From a virus, in the IMG/VR virus record IMGVR_UViG_3300042539_001764, positions 4,094 to 68,093 of that record: a stretch of 64,000 nucleotides of DNA; one strand, 5' to 3'. Under the pieces are notes generated by a model. It was not told where the DNA came from. It did no database searches and was given only the letters and a program-made list of their open reading frames with translations. This document shows, piece by piece, positions 10,325-19,286 of the stretch. The position numbers and the translations under genes are program-made. Numbering within the stretch: the stretch's first letter is position 1; each line of letters opens with the position of its first letter.

Positions 10325-11179
10325 ATGACAACCACTGTCTCAAGCCTTTGGAGCGCCTTCGTCGAAGAGCGCTCCATTTCTTTGTGTCCAACCAGCCTCA
10401 CTTCTGATTACAAACAAGTCAGTAAATGGCTGAATCGCTGTCCCATTCAAGACATTAACGATGCAAGAAAAGTGATGATTTGGGCGTTAGGAGAAAAGCC
10501 AGTACTCACTTCCAGGCGTGTAGCAATGTATATAAAGAGCATGTACCGATGGGCTGCGCAAGAAGACGTGGCCATTGTTGCTCGCAATCCGTTGGCAAGT
10601 TTTAAAATACCAAAGGCGCCACAACGCGAAGAGGAAATTGTTGTCATCCCTCGCAATGAGACGGCATTGGTTCTTGCCGCGCTAGAAGCCAAGCTCACCT
10701 ATCGAAATGTTAACTGGGCTTCGTACACGGAATTTATGCTTCAAACCGCAATGCGAACTGGTGAGGTGAGGGCAGCGAAATGGGACGACATCAAGGAGGG
10801 CAAGCTTTTGGTTCATCAAAACTATACTCTTACTCATGGACTAAAAAATAGTACAAAAACAAACAAACGTCGCTGGGTGCCTTTGAATAATCGTTGCCAA
10901 GAAATTCTTGCTGAGCTTCCTCGCGAAAATGAATTCATCTTCCCATGGAATCGACTAGCTTTTCAAAGCTATTTCAGAAAAAAGCTTTCGCCATTGCACG
11001 AAGCAGGATTGATTTCTCACGTTTATAGGCCTTACGATTGCCGACACACCGCCATTAGTCGCTGGATTGAAGCTGGCATTCCTGTACCGCAAGTGGCAAA
11101 TTGGGCGGGTAATACCAGTGAAGTGATTTTTAAACACTATTGCAATAGCACGCAAGAATATGAAATGCCAGTGCTGTAA
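10325..11179 (+). CDS. Tyrosine recombinase (integrase family)
   Basis: MRTGE (catalytic R), YDCRHT (HxxR-type), WAGN and KHY (catalytic Y); 284 aa with no obvious arm-binding domain. Confidence 0.9.
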   Translation: MTTTVSSLWSAFVEERSISLCPTSLTSDYKQVSKWLNRCPIQDINDARKVMIWALGEKPVLTSRRVAMYIKSMYRWAAQEDVAIVARNPLASFKIPKAPQREEEIVVIPRNETALVLAALEAKLTYRNVNWASYTEFMLQTAMRTGEVRAAKWDDIKEGKLLVHQNYTLTHGLKNSTKTNKRRWVPLNNRCQEILAELPRENEFIFPWNRLAFQSYFRKKLSPLHEAGLISHVYRPYDCRHTAISRWIEAGIPVPQVANWAGNTSEVIFKHYCNSTQEYEMPVL

Positions 11180-11245
11180 GTCGGTTTTCCGAAGAGACAG
11201 TTTTTCTTTCCATTGTTAAACTAACAAAGACCATTCTTTTAAATC

Positions 11246-11560
11246 ATGGCTATCACATACCAATGGGGCGTTGCTAATCTTGAGCGCCACCTTGCTGATG
11301 GAATCGTCTACACGGTTCACTATACGATTTCGGCCGATGATGGCACTTACGCTAGTTCGGCTTACGGGAGTCTTGGTCTTGAAGCTCCTGAAGAGGATGC
11401 TGCAATTCCTTATGCTCAGCTCACGCCGGAAATTGTCACTGGCTGGGTAAAAGACAAATTTGGCGCTGAGAAAGTGGCTGAAATTGAGGCCGCTCTCGCC
11501 GATCAAATTTCTCAACAGCGCACTCCCACTTCAGGAACCGGCTTGCCTTGGGCCAGTTAA
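11246..11560 (+). CDS. Tail-fibre-associated protein
   Basis: W...LER...VHY...IPY..LT...V.GWV...GLPW pattern typical of genes that follow S74 fibres. Confidence 0.6.
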   Translation: MAITYQWGVANLERHLADGIVYTVHYTISADDGTYASSAYGSLGLEAPEEDAAIPYAQLTPEIVTGWVKDKFGAEKVAEIEAALADQISQQRTPTSGTGLPWAS

Positions 11561-11583
11561 AATTTTGCTTTCACCATTGAACA

Positions 11584-11721
11584 ATGGCAGCAAAATCTAA
11601 GATTGGAGTTAGTGGGCAAAAGCTTTTTTCTCCTGGTCGTCCCAAGAAAACAAAACAAGGTCAAGGAAAAAACAGCAAAGCCAGTCATGGCCGCAAAAAG
11701 ACACGCGGACAAGGTAAATGA
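11584..11721 (+). CDS. Small, highly basic protein (45 aa)
   Basis: Manual translation MAAKSKIGVSGQKLFSPGRPKKTKQGQGKNSKASHGRKKTRGQGK; followed directly by a terminator. Confidence 0.65.
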   Translation: MAAKSKIGVSGQKLFSPGRPKKTKQGQGKNSKASHGRKKTRGQGK

Positions 11722-11723
11722 AC

Positions 11724-11746
11724 AAGGGGCCGAAAGGCCCCTTTTT
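11724..11746 (+). terminator. Intrinsic terminator
   Basis: AAGGGGCC-GAAA-GGCCCCTTTTT. Confidence 0.75.
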
Positions 11747-11780
11747 AACGGCAGTACAATAAAAGAAAGCATTATTAATC

Positions 11781-13001
11781 ATGGGCCAGGTTATTGCAGG
11801 CGGTGAACAGTTTGAAACTCATATTGAAGCTGATTATCGTGGGCGCATTCTTCAAAAAGGCCCTGATAGTGGGAGTGTTGACGCATTTGGACGCGCTCGT
11901 GTCAGTGAACCATTCACTCTTTTCGATAGCACTCTTCGTTATACAAAGCGCACTGATCAATGGTTTGAAAACACAACCGGCAGTGGCTCTATCAACTATT
12001 TAGTTAACGAAAGTTCGCTTGAACTTAAAACTACCACCGCATCAGGAGACACGGCTTTGCGTCGTACAAAGCGTGATCTTCCTTATCAGCCAGGCAAAAG
12101 CTTGCTAATTATGCAAAGTTTTTGTGGAAACACACCAATTACTGGCTTGGTTCAAGAAGTTGGATATTTTGATGATGAGAATGGCGTGATACTTCGCGCT
12201 AGCGGCACAACGCTTCAATTTGTTATTCGCAGCTATGCGAATGGCAGCGTTGCCGAAGAAGTGGCTAATCAATCCTCTTGGAATATTGACACTTTTTCTG
12301 ATTTACGGTTCAACAAGACAAATATCTTTGTAACTGATCTTGAATGGCTCGGTGTAGGAAGAGTGCGTTGTGGTTTTATTATTGAGGGCGAAATTAAATG
12401 GTGTCATGAATTTAATCACGCTAATGAAAAAACTGCAGTTTACATGACATCTGCCACTCTTCCATTGTCCTATCGCATTCACAACAGCACTACTATTGCT
12501 TCTCCTGCAACGCTGAAGCAAATTTGTTGTTCCGCGATGAGTGAAGGTGGTTACGAGCCTACTGGCCCTATCTACACAGGGGGCGCAGGAATTACTGGAG
12601 TAAGGAGTGTCACTTCTGAAACTTTATTTGCCGCTATTCGCATGGCGAGTGGTCGCACTGATAATTTAGTAATGCCTGCTCAAGTTGATGCAGCAGTGGA
12701 TGGCAATGCTATTGCAAAATGGCGCCTTTATTTAAATCCCACTATTAGTGGCGTTTGGACTGCTGCTGAAAACGGACGCGGCAATGTTGAAGTGATGGCA
12801 AGTGGCACTTTTAGTGGTGGCACCATTGTTAGCACTGGCTTTCTTTCTGGACGCAGCAACACCGCATTTTCACCAGAAGGCTCTTTGGCACTTTCGCTCG
12901 GCAAAACTGCGAATGGTGATAGTGATATTTTGATGCTTACCATTCAATGTGAAACAGCTATGAAAGCAACTGGTCAAATTGGATGGCGAGAACTGTACTA
13001 A
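11781..13001 (+). CDS. Virion structural protein
   Basis: 406 aa; DAFGRARVSEPFTLFDS, YQPGKS and DLEWLGVGRVR motifs seen in cyanophage structural proteins. Confidence 0.65.
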   Translation: MGQVIAGGEQFETHIEADYRGRILQKGPDSGSVDAFGRARVSEPFTLFDSTLRYTKRTDQWFENTTGSGSINYLVNESSLELKTTTASGDTALRRTKRDLPYQPGKSLLIMQSFCGNTPITGLVQEVGYFDDENGVILRASGTTLQFVIRSYANGSVAEEVANQSSWNIDTFSDLRFNKTNIFVTDLEWLGVGRVRCGFIIEGEIKWCHEFNHANEKTAVYMTSATLPLSYRIHNSTTIASPATLKQICCSAMSEGGYEPTGPIYTGGAGITGVRSVTSETLFAAIRMASGRTDNLVMPAQVDAAVDGNAIAKWRLYLNPTISGVWTAAENGRGNVEVMASGTFSGGTIVSTGFLSGRSNTAFSPEGSLALSLGKTANGDSDILMLTIQCETAMKATGQIGWRELY

Positions 13002-13021
13002 TATAAAAGAAAAAGCTCATC

Positions 13022-13360
13022 ATGATTACGCCAGGTAAGCACGATATTACGATTTATCAGGGCGCAACTTTTGAGCTGCAATTACAATATAAAGATGCTT
13101 CTGGTGTGCCCGTCAATATGAGTGGGTACACCGTTGCGTCCAAATTGTATGATCGTCTCGGTAGTACAAAGTTTGCTGATTTTGCCGTATCTTATGTGAA
13201 TCAAGCGAGCGGTATTTTTAAAATTCGGTTAGAAGCCTCTGGAACTAGTGGCATCACTCAGCAAGGACAGTACGACGTGCTTATTACTGAGCCAGACAAT
13301 ACTGCGTATTATCTAGTAGAGGGAAATGCTTTTATTAATCTTGGGTTAAGCTTCAAATGA
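13022..13360 (+). CDS. Small tail/baseplate adaptor-like protein
   Basis: I.I.QGATF...PVN.SGY...YDV...LVEG pattern. Confidence 0.55.
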   Translation: MITPGKHDITIYQGATFELQLQYKDASGVPVNMSGYTVASKLYDRLGSTKFADFAVSYVNQASGIFKIRLEASGTSGITQQGQYDVLITEPDNTAYYLVEGNAFINLGLSFK

Positions 13361-13659
13361 CAGTTGTTGTACAACAATCTTCCTCCGTCGTCTCAATTAC
13401 CGAGGCATCAAACCCTATTGTTGTATCGAATGAAGAAGCAAATACTATACAGATTACGGCGCCTTCTCCATCGCCAAGACTTGAATTTTTTGGTAGTGGT
13501 CCACAAGGAGCAATTGGTCCGCAAGGAGAAAAAGGGATCAATTTAGATGAAACCGCTAAGATTGATGGAAGCGTAATTTATTACGATGCTTCATCTGCAA
13601 AGTTTAAAGCAGATGCAACAATTACAAAAACTCTTCTCACTGATGGGGGTAATTTCTAA
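13357..13659 (+). CDS. Short collagen-like structural protein
   Basis: GPQGAIGPQGEKG; DGGNF C-terminus; overlaps both neighbouring genes. Confidence 0.55.
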   Translation: MTVVVQQSSSVVSITEASNPIVVSNEEANTIQITAPSPSPRLEFFGSGPQGAIGPQGEKGINLDETAKIDGSVIYYDASSAKFKADATITKTLLTDGGNF

Positions 13660-14471
13660 TGGCCAATACCTTACGGATTAAGCGTCGCGCTAGTGGTAGC
13701 GCTGGTGCTCCGACAAGTTTGGCCAATGCAGAATTGGCCTTTAATGAAGTGGATGATACGCTTTATTACGGAAAAGGAACTGGCGGACAGAATGGCAGTG
13801 CTACCACTATTGAAGCTATTGGTGGCAAAGGGGCTTTCGTTAATTTAACTGGCGCCCAAACGATTAGTGGAAACAAAACGTTTACTGGCACCATTGATTT
13901 AAGCTCTGCGACTATTGCAACCATTTCCACAACTGGTAATGTAACAGTTGGCGGAGATCTTACTGTTAATGGCACTACAACTACTGTTAATAGCACAACA
14001 ATTACAGTTGACGATAAAAATTTAGAACTCGGCTCCACTGCATCACCTTCTGATGCCAATGCCGATGGTGGTGGTATCACTTTAAAAGGCAGCACTGATA
14101 AGACATTCAATTGGGTAGATGCCACTGATGCATGGACCAGCAGCGAGCATATCAATCTTGCAAGCGGAAAAGCTTATTACGTTAATGGCAACTCTGTTTT
14201 AAATGGCACAACACTTGGCGCTGGCGTTGTTTCTTCTAGTTTGACGAGCGTTGGCACTATTGCTACTGGCGTTTGGCAAGGTACTGTTATTGGTTTAGCT
14301 TATGGTGGCACTGGAGCTTCTAGTGCATCAGGAGCGCGTGCAGCTTTAGAGCTAGGGACAATGGCCCAACAAGCAGCTAGTGGCGTGACGATCACTGGTG
14401 GAACTATTTCCGGCGTCACCTTGAGTGGGGTGACTGTTATCAATTCAACCATCGACGGCGGCTCTTACTGA
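13659..14471 (+). CDS. Tail fibre-like protein
   Basis: Fibre N-terminus (LRIKRR...P..L..AELAFN); VGGDLTVNGTTTTVNS; IDGGSY C-terminus. Confidence 0.65.
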   Translation: MANTLRIKRRASGSAGAPTSLANAELAFNEVDDTLYYGKGTGGQNGSATTIEAIGGKGAFVNLTGAQTISGNKTFTGTIDLSSATIATISTTGNVTVGGDLTVNGTTTTVNSTTITVDDKNLELGSTASPSDANADGGGITLKGSTDKTFNWVDATDAWTSSEHINLASGKAYYVNGNSVLNGTTLGAGVVSSSLTSVGTIATGVWQGTVIGLAYGGTGASSASGARAALELGTMAQQAASGVTITGGTISGVTLSGVTVINSTIDGGSY

Positions 14472-14504
14472 GGCTACACTAAGGCGGCATGCTTCCGCCT
14501 TTTC

Positions 14505-14705
14505 ATGGCCTTTCCATCTGATTTTGAAAGTGAATGGTATAAACAACAAACAGAGCATCTTTCCGACATACTTGCCGAGCTTATGACTGACGATGATCCT
14601 CATATGGCTCGTAAGGCAATTGCTGAAACCATTGCAAGCTGGACAGATTATCACAAAAAAGAACTAGATAAATGGAACGCTTTGCGCAATTTGCTCAGTC
14701 TTTGA
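14505..14705 (+). CDS. Hypothetical protein
   Basis: 66 aa ORF filling the gap at the end of the plus-strand block. Confidence 0.55.
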   Translation: MAFPSDFESEWYKQQTEHLSDILAELMTDDDPHMARKAIAETIASWTDYHKKELDKWNALRNLLSL

Positions 14706-15087
14706 GCTGATAAGTGATCCTTAGTTCTCCTCCGAGAGCCTTTACAGCCTCGCTGGCGTCCGCTGGCGGGGCTTTTTCAATGAGCACTGACGGAACAATA
14801 GCGTTTGGCAAAGGTGTCACTTTCGCTTCGGGAAAAAGTTTGTGAGCCTCTTCGGCTAAGGCATTTGCCTTGGTTTCTCGTTCTTCTTGTTCCCATTGCT
14901 TAACGAGCACTGCAGCTTGCTCGTCAATTTTCTCCATGACAATCTTTGTCTTCCATTCGGTCCAGTCTTGCCTGCAATAAGCCATGAGCATTTTGAACCA
15001 TGGTTGCAAAGCAAGAGAAGGCCGCTTTTCAGTGGCCCATAGTCCCAGTTCATAGCACAGAGCATTAAACCAGGATTGCTTGTTCAT
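14695..15087 (-). CDS. Hypothetical protein in lysis operon
   Basis: 130 aa, downstream of the endolysin. Confidence 0.55.
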   Translation of the reverse strand: MNKQSWFNALCYELGLWATEKRPSLALQPWFKMLMAYCRQDWTEWKTKIVMEKIDEQAAVLVKQWEQEERETKANALAEEAHKLFPEAKVTPLPNAIVPSVLIEKAPPADASEAVKALGGELRITYQLKD

Positions 15088-15111
15088 TTGCTATTTGCGA
15101 ATGGCGAATGA

Positions 15112-16056
15112 TTAGCCTTCTTGATAGACACTGATAAAGACAGTGCCGGTTTTAGTAAGAGGAAGAATCTTGTCGCGAAGATCAATGTTATGACAACGCA
15201 CGCAACCATGAGTGGGGACCAGGGGTTGCTTAGGAGCCCATGCACCAGGCCATCCATTAGCGCTACCGCCACCATGCGCCATGATCCCTGCCCTGCCATT
15301 TCCTGCTTCTTGATTTTCTAGCTCGATCATGTCGAAGCTATACCAGCCATAAGCCATGAGGGTGCGATCATAAGCGGGCTTGTCGCCCACTTTCTCATAG
15401 TCTTTATAAATGGCACCAATTTTGTACAGACCCACTGGCGTATCAGAATTTGTAATTTTCCATTCAAAATCACTATATTGCCCACGAGCAAGACAAGGGA
15501 TTTCCCACAAAAGCTTCCCTTCAAAAGAGAAAGCTTTCATGGTTTCCACTGCATCGTTAACAATTAAATGCGAATCACCTTTCTTAAAGCCGAAATCTTG
15601 TGGACGTTTCTTTGGGCCAATCATGACAACAGTGGTTGATTCTGGAGCGTATTCCTTCATGAGCTTAGACAATTTTGCCGGATATCCGGGATCTGTCGCA
15701 TAGCTCTGTTCTTTAAGCATACGCGCCGCCGCATAGCGATTTGGCGCGTTATTAATGCCCTTGAAATGACGATAATCTTTATACCATCGCGTGATTAAAT
15801 ATTCAATGCATGCAGCAAGGCTTGGGAAATCAATAAAACCTGCTTTAATAGTCACCCACTGGCCGTCGTACCACTCTTGAGTGGAAGTAGTGGTTCCGTC
15901 TCCTTTGAGGCCCAGATAGTTATTGCGCCCAGAAGTGTGTCGACCGAAGCCGCTTTCAAGGCAGCACTGTGCAGCGACGAGCTCAGGGTAGCGAGCGCCG
16001 TACTGCCGAGCGAGCTGGAAACATTCGTCCCAGAACGCCCGATTAGAGGACCACAC
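15112..16056 (-). CDS. Endolysin: GH73 glucosaminidase plus YkuD/L,D-transpeptidase-like domain
   Basis: AQCCLESGFG, NNYLGLKG and YATDP.Y (GH73); DTP.GLY...GIMAHGGG...THGCVR (YkuD His/Cys). Confidence 0.85.
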   Translation of the reverse strand: MWSSNRAFWDECFQLARQYGARYPELVAAQCCLESGFGRHTSGRNNYLGLKGDGTTTSTQEWYDGQWVTIKAGFIDFPSLAACIEYLITRWYKDYRHFKGINNAPNRYAAARMLKEQSYATDPGYPAKLSKLMKEYAPESTTVVMIGPKKRPQDFGFKKGDSHLIVNDAVETMKAFSFEGKLLWEIPCLARGQYSDFEWKITNSDTPVGLYKIGAIYKDYEKVGDKPAYDRTLMAYGWYSFDMIELENQEAGNGRAGIMAHGGGSANGWPGAWAPKQPLVPTHGCVRCHNIDLRDKILPLTKTGTVFISVYQEG

Positions 16057-16060
16057 TGGA

Positions 16061-16204
16061 TCAGCCCTTAACGCGGAAGATAGTCTTCAAGCCTTCCAGC
16101 AGAAGTTGAAGCACGTTATTGCTTTTCCAAGGGGAATGATCAAGGATTTGGTCAGCGGCAGCGATGATAATACCGCCAATTACAAACCATTCTGCGCCGC
16201 TCAT
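16061..16204 (-). CDS. Holin-like small membrane protein (47 aa)
   Basis: Manual translation MSGAEWFVIGGIIIAAADQILDHSPWKSNNVLQLLLEGLKTIFRVKG; immediately upstream of the endolysin. Confidence 0.6.
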   Translation of the reverse strand: MSGAEWFVIGGIIIAAADQILDHSPWKSNNVLQLLLEGLKTIFRVKG

Positions 16205-16235
16205 GATGAACAATGCAAGGAGATATATAAATAGC

Positions 16236-16454
16236 CTAGCGCTCTATCTCTAAATTACGCACTCTGATTTCCATCTCACTCATTTTGTCAGTGAGAGTGC
16301 TAAGTTTTTCCGTGACAGCTTCAATTTGCACCGACACACGAGCTTGTTGATTGCCCACGGCAATAAGCATGGCCCCTGTCGAGAGTAACATGCCGGCCGT
16401 GATTGTGGCCACGAAGTTTGCAAGTCCGTCCTTGAAACTGTCCATAGCCAACAA
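16236..16454 (-). CDS. Membrane protein with coiled coil (lysis accessory candidate)
   Basis: One TM segment followed by heptads ending RVRNLE. Confidence 0.5.
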   Translation of the reverse strand: MLAMDSFKDGLANFVATITAGMLLSTGAMLIAVGNQQARVSVQIEAVTEKLSTLTDKMSEMEIRVRNLEIER

Positions 16455-16503
16455 TCAATACGACTATTCTATAGAAATTCATTCATAGTTATTTGGCGTT
16501 AGA

Positions 16504-17013
16504 TTGTGGTCACGACAATTTAATAGTGCCATGCTTAGAGCGAATGGTCCCGATGAGTTGCTGCATTCTCTCATTGAACTTCGCCCTGGTGACGCAAAAC
16601 GTAGATTTCGCAAAAGCATCTTTGAGGATTATTTTTTAAGGGGACCATTAGGGCAATGCGCCTGTGCTTATTGCGGCAAATGGGGAGAAAAGCTTACGAT
16701 TGATCACATTGTCCCTAAGAGCAAAGGTGGTCCGCATTTTGCTAAGTGGAATATGATTCCTGCCTGTCAAAAATGCAATCTTGACAAGGGAAATCTTTCA
16801 CTTCTTGAATGGTGGCGTATGCAGCCATTCTGGACTGAGCGCAAAGAAGAAATGTTGATGGCATGGGTGTATTGCAATAGTTTTATCAGTGCTCATACCG
16901 ACCAGAAAGATCTTGAAGAATGGTGCGAAAAGAAAGGCCTGTCTTTGCCTGTGCATGAGAAAATTGAGCATGAAAAAGGCCCCTTATGGGGCCTTTGTGC
17001 TACTGCTGCTTAG
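16504..17013 (+). CDS. HNH endonuclease
   Basis: CAYCG...[12 protein letters not shown]...N..PAC..CN..KG. Confidence 0.85.
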   Translation: MWSRQFNSAMLRANGPDELLHSLIELRPGDAKRRFRKSIFEDYFLRGPLGQCACAYCGKWGEKLTIDHIVPKSKGGPHFAKWNMIPACQKCNLDKGNLSLLEWWRMQPFWTERKEEMLMAWVYCNSFISAHTDQKDLEEWCEKKGLSLPVHEKIEHEKGPLWGLCATAA

Positions 17014-17357
17014 CTTTCTACCGGCTCAAACGTAACTTGCCTTCCTGGAAGATCAAAGCGAATGCCAGGAATGGGGCAAACGCCATCTTTACATTCCGTG
17101 GAAGCATTCTCAAGCGCTTCCAAAGCTTGCTGCTCCCCTTCTGTTTCCATGGAAAAGATGAGGGCATCAAGATACCAGCGGCATTTCTTTAAATCTTCTA
17201 GGCCATTCTTGTCTTCGTAGCGCCAAATATACTTAATGACATTACCTTTTAATAGACCACGGAATGCATCTTTATCCATCGAAGCTTCAATAGCTTCAAT
17301 ACATTCAATGCCACCATTCTTGGAATAGTGAGAAGGATGATTAACTGCGTCGTGCAT
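17010..17357 (-). CDS. DUF3310-family protein
   Basis: DAVNHPSHY...IECIEAI...GNVIKYIWR...[11 protein letters not shown]. Confidence 0.85.
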   Translation of the reverse strand: MHDAVNHPSHYSKNGGIECIEAIEASMDKDAFRGLLKGNVIKYIWRYEDKNGLEDLKKCRWYLDALIFSMETEGEQQALEALENASTECKDGVCPIPGIRFDLPGRQVTFEPVES

Positions 17358-17359
17358 AA

Positions 17360-18067
17360 TCAGAACGAGGATTGGTGAAGATCATAAGCCTCAAAAGCTT
17401 CTTTGAACAGAGGGCGAGCCAAGGAGGACAATGCTTGAGCATAAGCCTGAATTTCGCCCTGGCTATCAGTCTTATCTCGCAGAGAAATAAAGTGGAGAAG
17501 CGCTTGAAGGCTGCAAGTCCACGTGAACGATGTGTAAGTAGACATTGGCAGAATGCCACGTGCTTGCTCTTTACTCACGCCTAGCGTCAAGAGAGCCTTG
17601 TAAGCCTGCTTAGCCTGCTCCAAGGCCTTGGCGTATTCAAGCATCGCCACTTGGTTCATTGCGGGCTCTAGAGGCCCACTAGAAGCTTGTTTATTGCTGG
17701 GGCTTTGCTGCCTAAATTCACGAGGCATGTAATAAATGTCATCATCAGCTTCGCAATAGCGAAAGCTCTTTTCGTTCCAACCAAGCGTGTCATTGGCAAA
17801 TGTGCCACCAATTACATGCTTCCACCATTGCCGACAGACAAACAACGGAGCTTTCACTTGCCATTTGGTGACCACGCCACGGAACGGACTCGTGTGCTGG
17901 TGCTTGACAAGGTAGTTAAGAAGCTTTTGATCCTTTTCTGACCACTCGCTACTAGTTTGATCAAAGCTCTGGCGAGCATCGCAAACAATATCCAAAGAGC
18001 TGCCCATCCAATCGATGAGGCGCACCATGCTGATGCCATCCATCAGCGGATCAATTTTTGTCATCAC
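17360..18067 (-). CDS. thyX: FAD-dependent thymidylate synthase
   Basis: H.SPF, APLFV.RQWWKH, NE.S.RY, EQARGILP, LR...Q.EI motifs. Confidence 0.92.
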   Translation of the reverse strand: MMTKIDPLMDGISMVRLIDWMGSSLDIVCDARQSFDQTSSEWSEKDQKLLNYLVKHQHTSPFRGVVTKWQVKAPLFVCRQWWKHVIGGTFANDTLGWNEKSFRYCEADDDIYYMPREFRQQSPSNKQASSGPLEPAMNQVAMLEYAKALEQAKQAYKALLTLGVSKEQARGILPMSTYTSFTWTCSLQALLHFISLRDKTDSQGEIQAYAQALSSLARPLFKEAFEAYDLHQSSF

Positions 18068-18273
18068 TTAGTTGTGCTTGGGCAAACAAGAAGACGAAAA
18101 GTAAGAGCAATCAAGAACCACTCCCAAAATCCCAACAAAACACTGGGAAACAGCAAGCCGGCACAAATGCTTAAAAGCCAAGCTCGTAGGCACATCACGC
18201 CAAAAATAGCAGTGATTTCTCCCGCAATTTTTGAGAAATCTTTAAGAAGATCATCAGTGGTCTTGGTAAGCAT
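18064..18273 (-). CDS. Small membrane protein
   Basis: Hydrophobic 69 aa; overlaps the thyX start. Confidence 0.5.
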   Translation of the reverse strand: MLTKTTDDLLKDFSKIAGEITAIFGVMCLRAWLLSICAGLLFPSVLLGFWEWFLIALTFRLLVCPSTTK

Positions 18274-18580
18274 TGGTGATCAGCGAGAGGGGCCGAAGTC
18301 GTTGCAGACTGATTGTAGGAGCAATGTCCGTAGTTGAATGCCACCGTACCTGTGCTTTTCGGGATCTTCCGCTTTCATCAAAGCCGACAATGGTGCCAAC
18401 AATGGAAGATGGCATCCATCCAGCGGCTGTGCGTTGCACGTAGACCACTTGCTCATTGAGAAGCCATTCATGGTTGCGGGGAGTGTGGGGAAGCTTGTAC
18501 GGACGGTAGCCCGTCCCAATTTTTACGGCATTCCTTCCATCGTCCACCGTATAAACAAACCGTTTGCCGAACTGCCGCAT
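18254..18580 (-). CDS. Hypothetical protein
   Basis: 108 aa, co-oriented and overlapping. Confidence 0.5.
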   Translation of the reverse strand: MRQFGKRFVYTVDDGRNAVKIGTGYRPYKLPHTPRNHEWLLNEQVVYVQRTAAGWMPSSIVGTIVGFDESGRSRKAQVRWHSTTDIAPTISLQRLRPLSLITNAYQDH

Positions 18581-18610
18581 GGCTAGGCTAAACGAAACGA
18601 TGAAAGAACA

Positions 18611-18988
18611 ATGTCCAGGATGTTTTCCATTCCAGTAGGATTAAACTACAACGGACAGGATTGCATTGCTGCTATGGGGCCTTTTGAACGAAGCCTTGAA
18701 CGAGACTTTGCCCTTGTAACCAATAAGAAGGCCCTGCAGGAATGCGATGATGTGGAAAAATTGCGCGAAGTAGCTTGCGCAATGATGGAAGGGTGGAGCA
18801 ATATGCAAGAAGCCGTCACTGCGCTTGTCAAGGAGAATCTTGAGCTGCGTCAAGCAATGACTCTTCAAGAGCGTGACTTGCAAGCTGCAGACGAGCTACT
18901 TGGTGAAGCTGCTGATGCAGTTAAGCGTTTCGCAGAGAAGCAGCAATCCGCTCAAGCCAAGAAGTTTCCTTGGCCGTTTGGCTGGTAA
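18611..18988 (+). CDS. Helical/coiled-coil protein, possibly NblA-like
   Basis: SLERDFAL...ECDDVEKLREVA...LVKE helix pattern. Confidence 0.45.
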   Translation: MSRMFSIPVGLNYNGQDCIAAMGPFERSLERDFALVTNKKALQECDDVEKLREVACAMMEGWSNMQEAVTALVKENLELRQAMTLQERDLQAADELLGEAADAVKRFAEKQQSAQAKKFPWPFGW

Positions 18989-19283
18989 GAAGAAATACTT
19001 TCCAGCCTCCAATCATTGCAAGATTAAACTTCCTAGCATCCCTTTCATAACCACTGCCGGTTACATGGCGACCACGGTTAAAAGTGCCGCCTTGTATCTC
19101 GATGAGAGATTGAGAAGAAAGATGCGCAAAATCTGCTCGATAGCGTTTGGAGCGCTTGCTCTTAGCGTAGCGCTCTTGAAAATCCATCTCCCAAGTAGCC
19201 ACGTCGCTGTATTCCCTAATCAATGGAAGATCGGGGAAATGTGCTTGCCACAGTCCGAGAAATTGATCTTCAAGAGCGCTCAC
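18921..19283 (-). CDS. PD-(D/E)XK restriction-endonuclease-like nuclease (possible resolvase)
   Basis: S.LE..F...RYRADFA...LIEIQGG...GRH..G.GY..D..K.N.A...GW. Confidence 0.75.
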   Translation of the reverse strand: MSALEDQFLGLWQAHFPDLPLIREYSDVATWEMDFQERYAKSKRSKRYRADFAHLSSQSLIEIQGGTFNRGRHVTGSGYERDARKFNLAMIGGWKVFLLTSQTAKETSWLERIAASLRNA

Positions 19284-19286
19284 TAA

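Noticed and set aside
8088-11179. Diversity-generating retroelement or invertase shufflon at the tail fibre
   Set aside because: No reverse transcriptase, no TR/VR pair, and no inverted silent fibre C-termini.
10325-11179. Conventional lysogeny module
   Set aside because: No adjacent repressor/cro pair or excisionase, and no tRNA-like attP was seen. Integration is not excluded but is unsupported.
11603-11806. 67-aa ORF in the track
   Set aside because: Runs through a terminator; the 11584-11721 basic ORF fits better.
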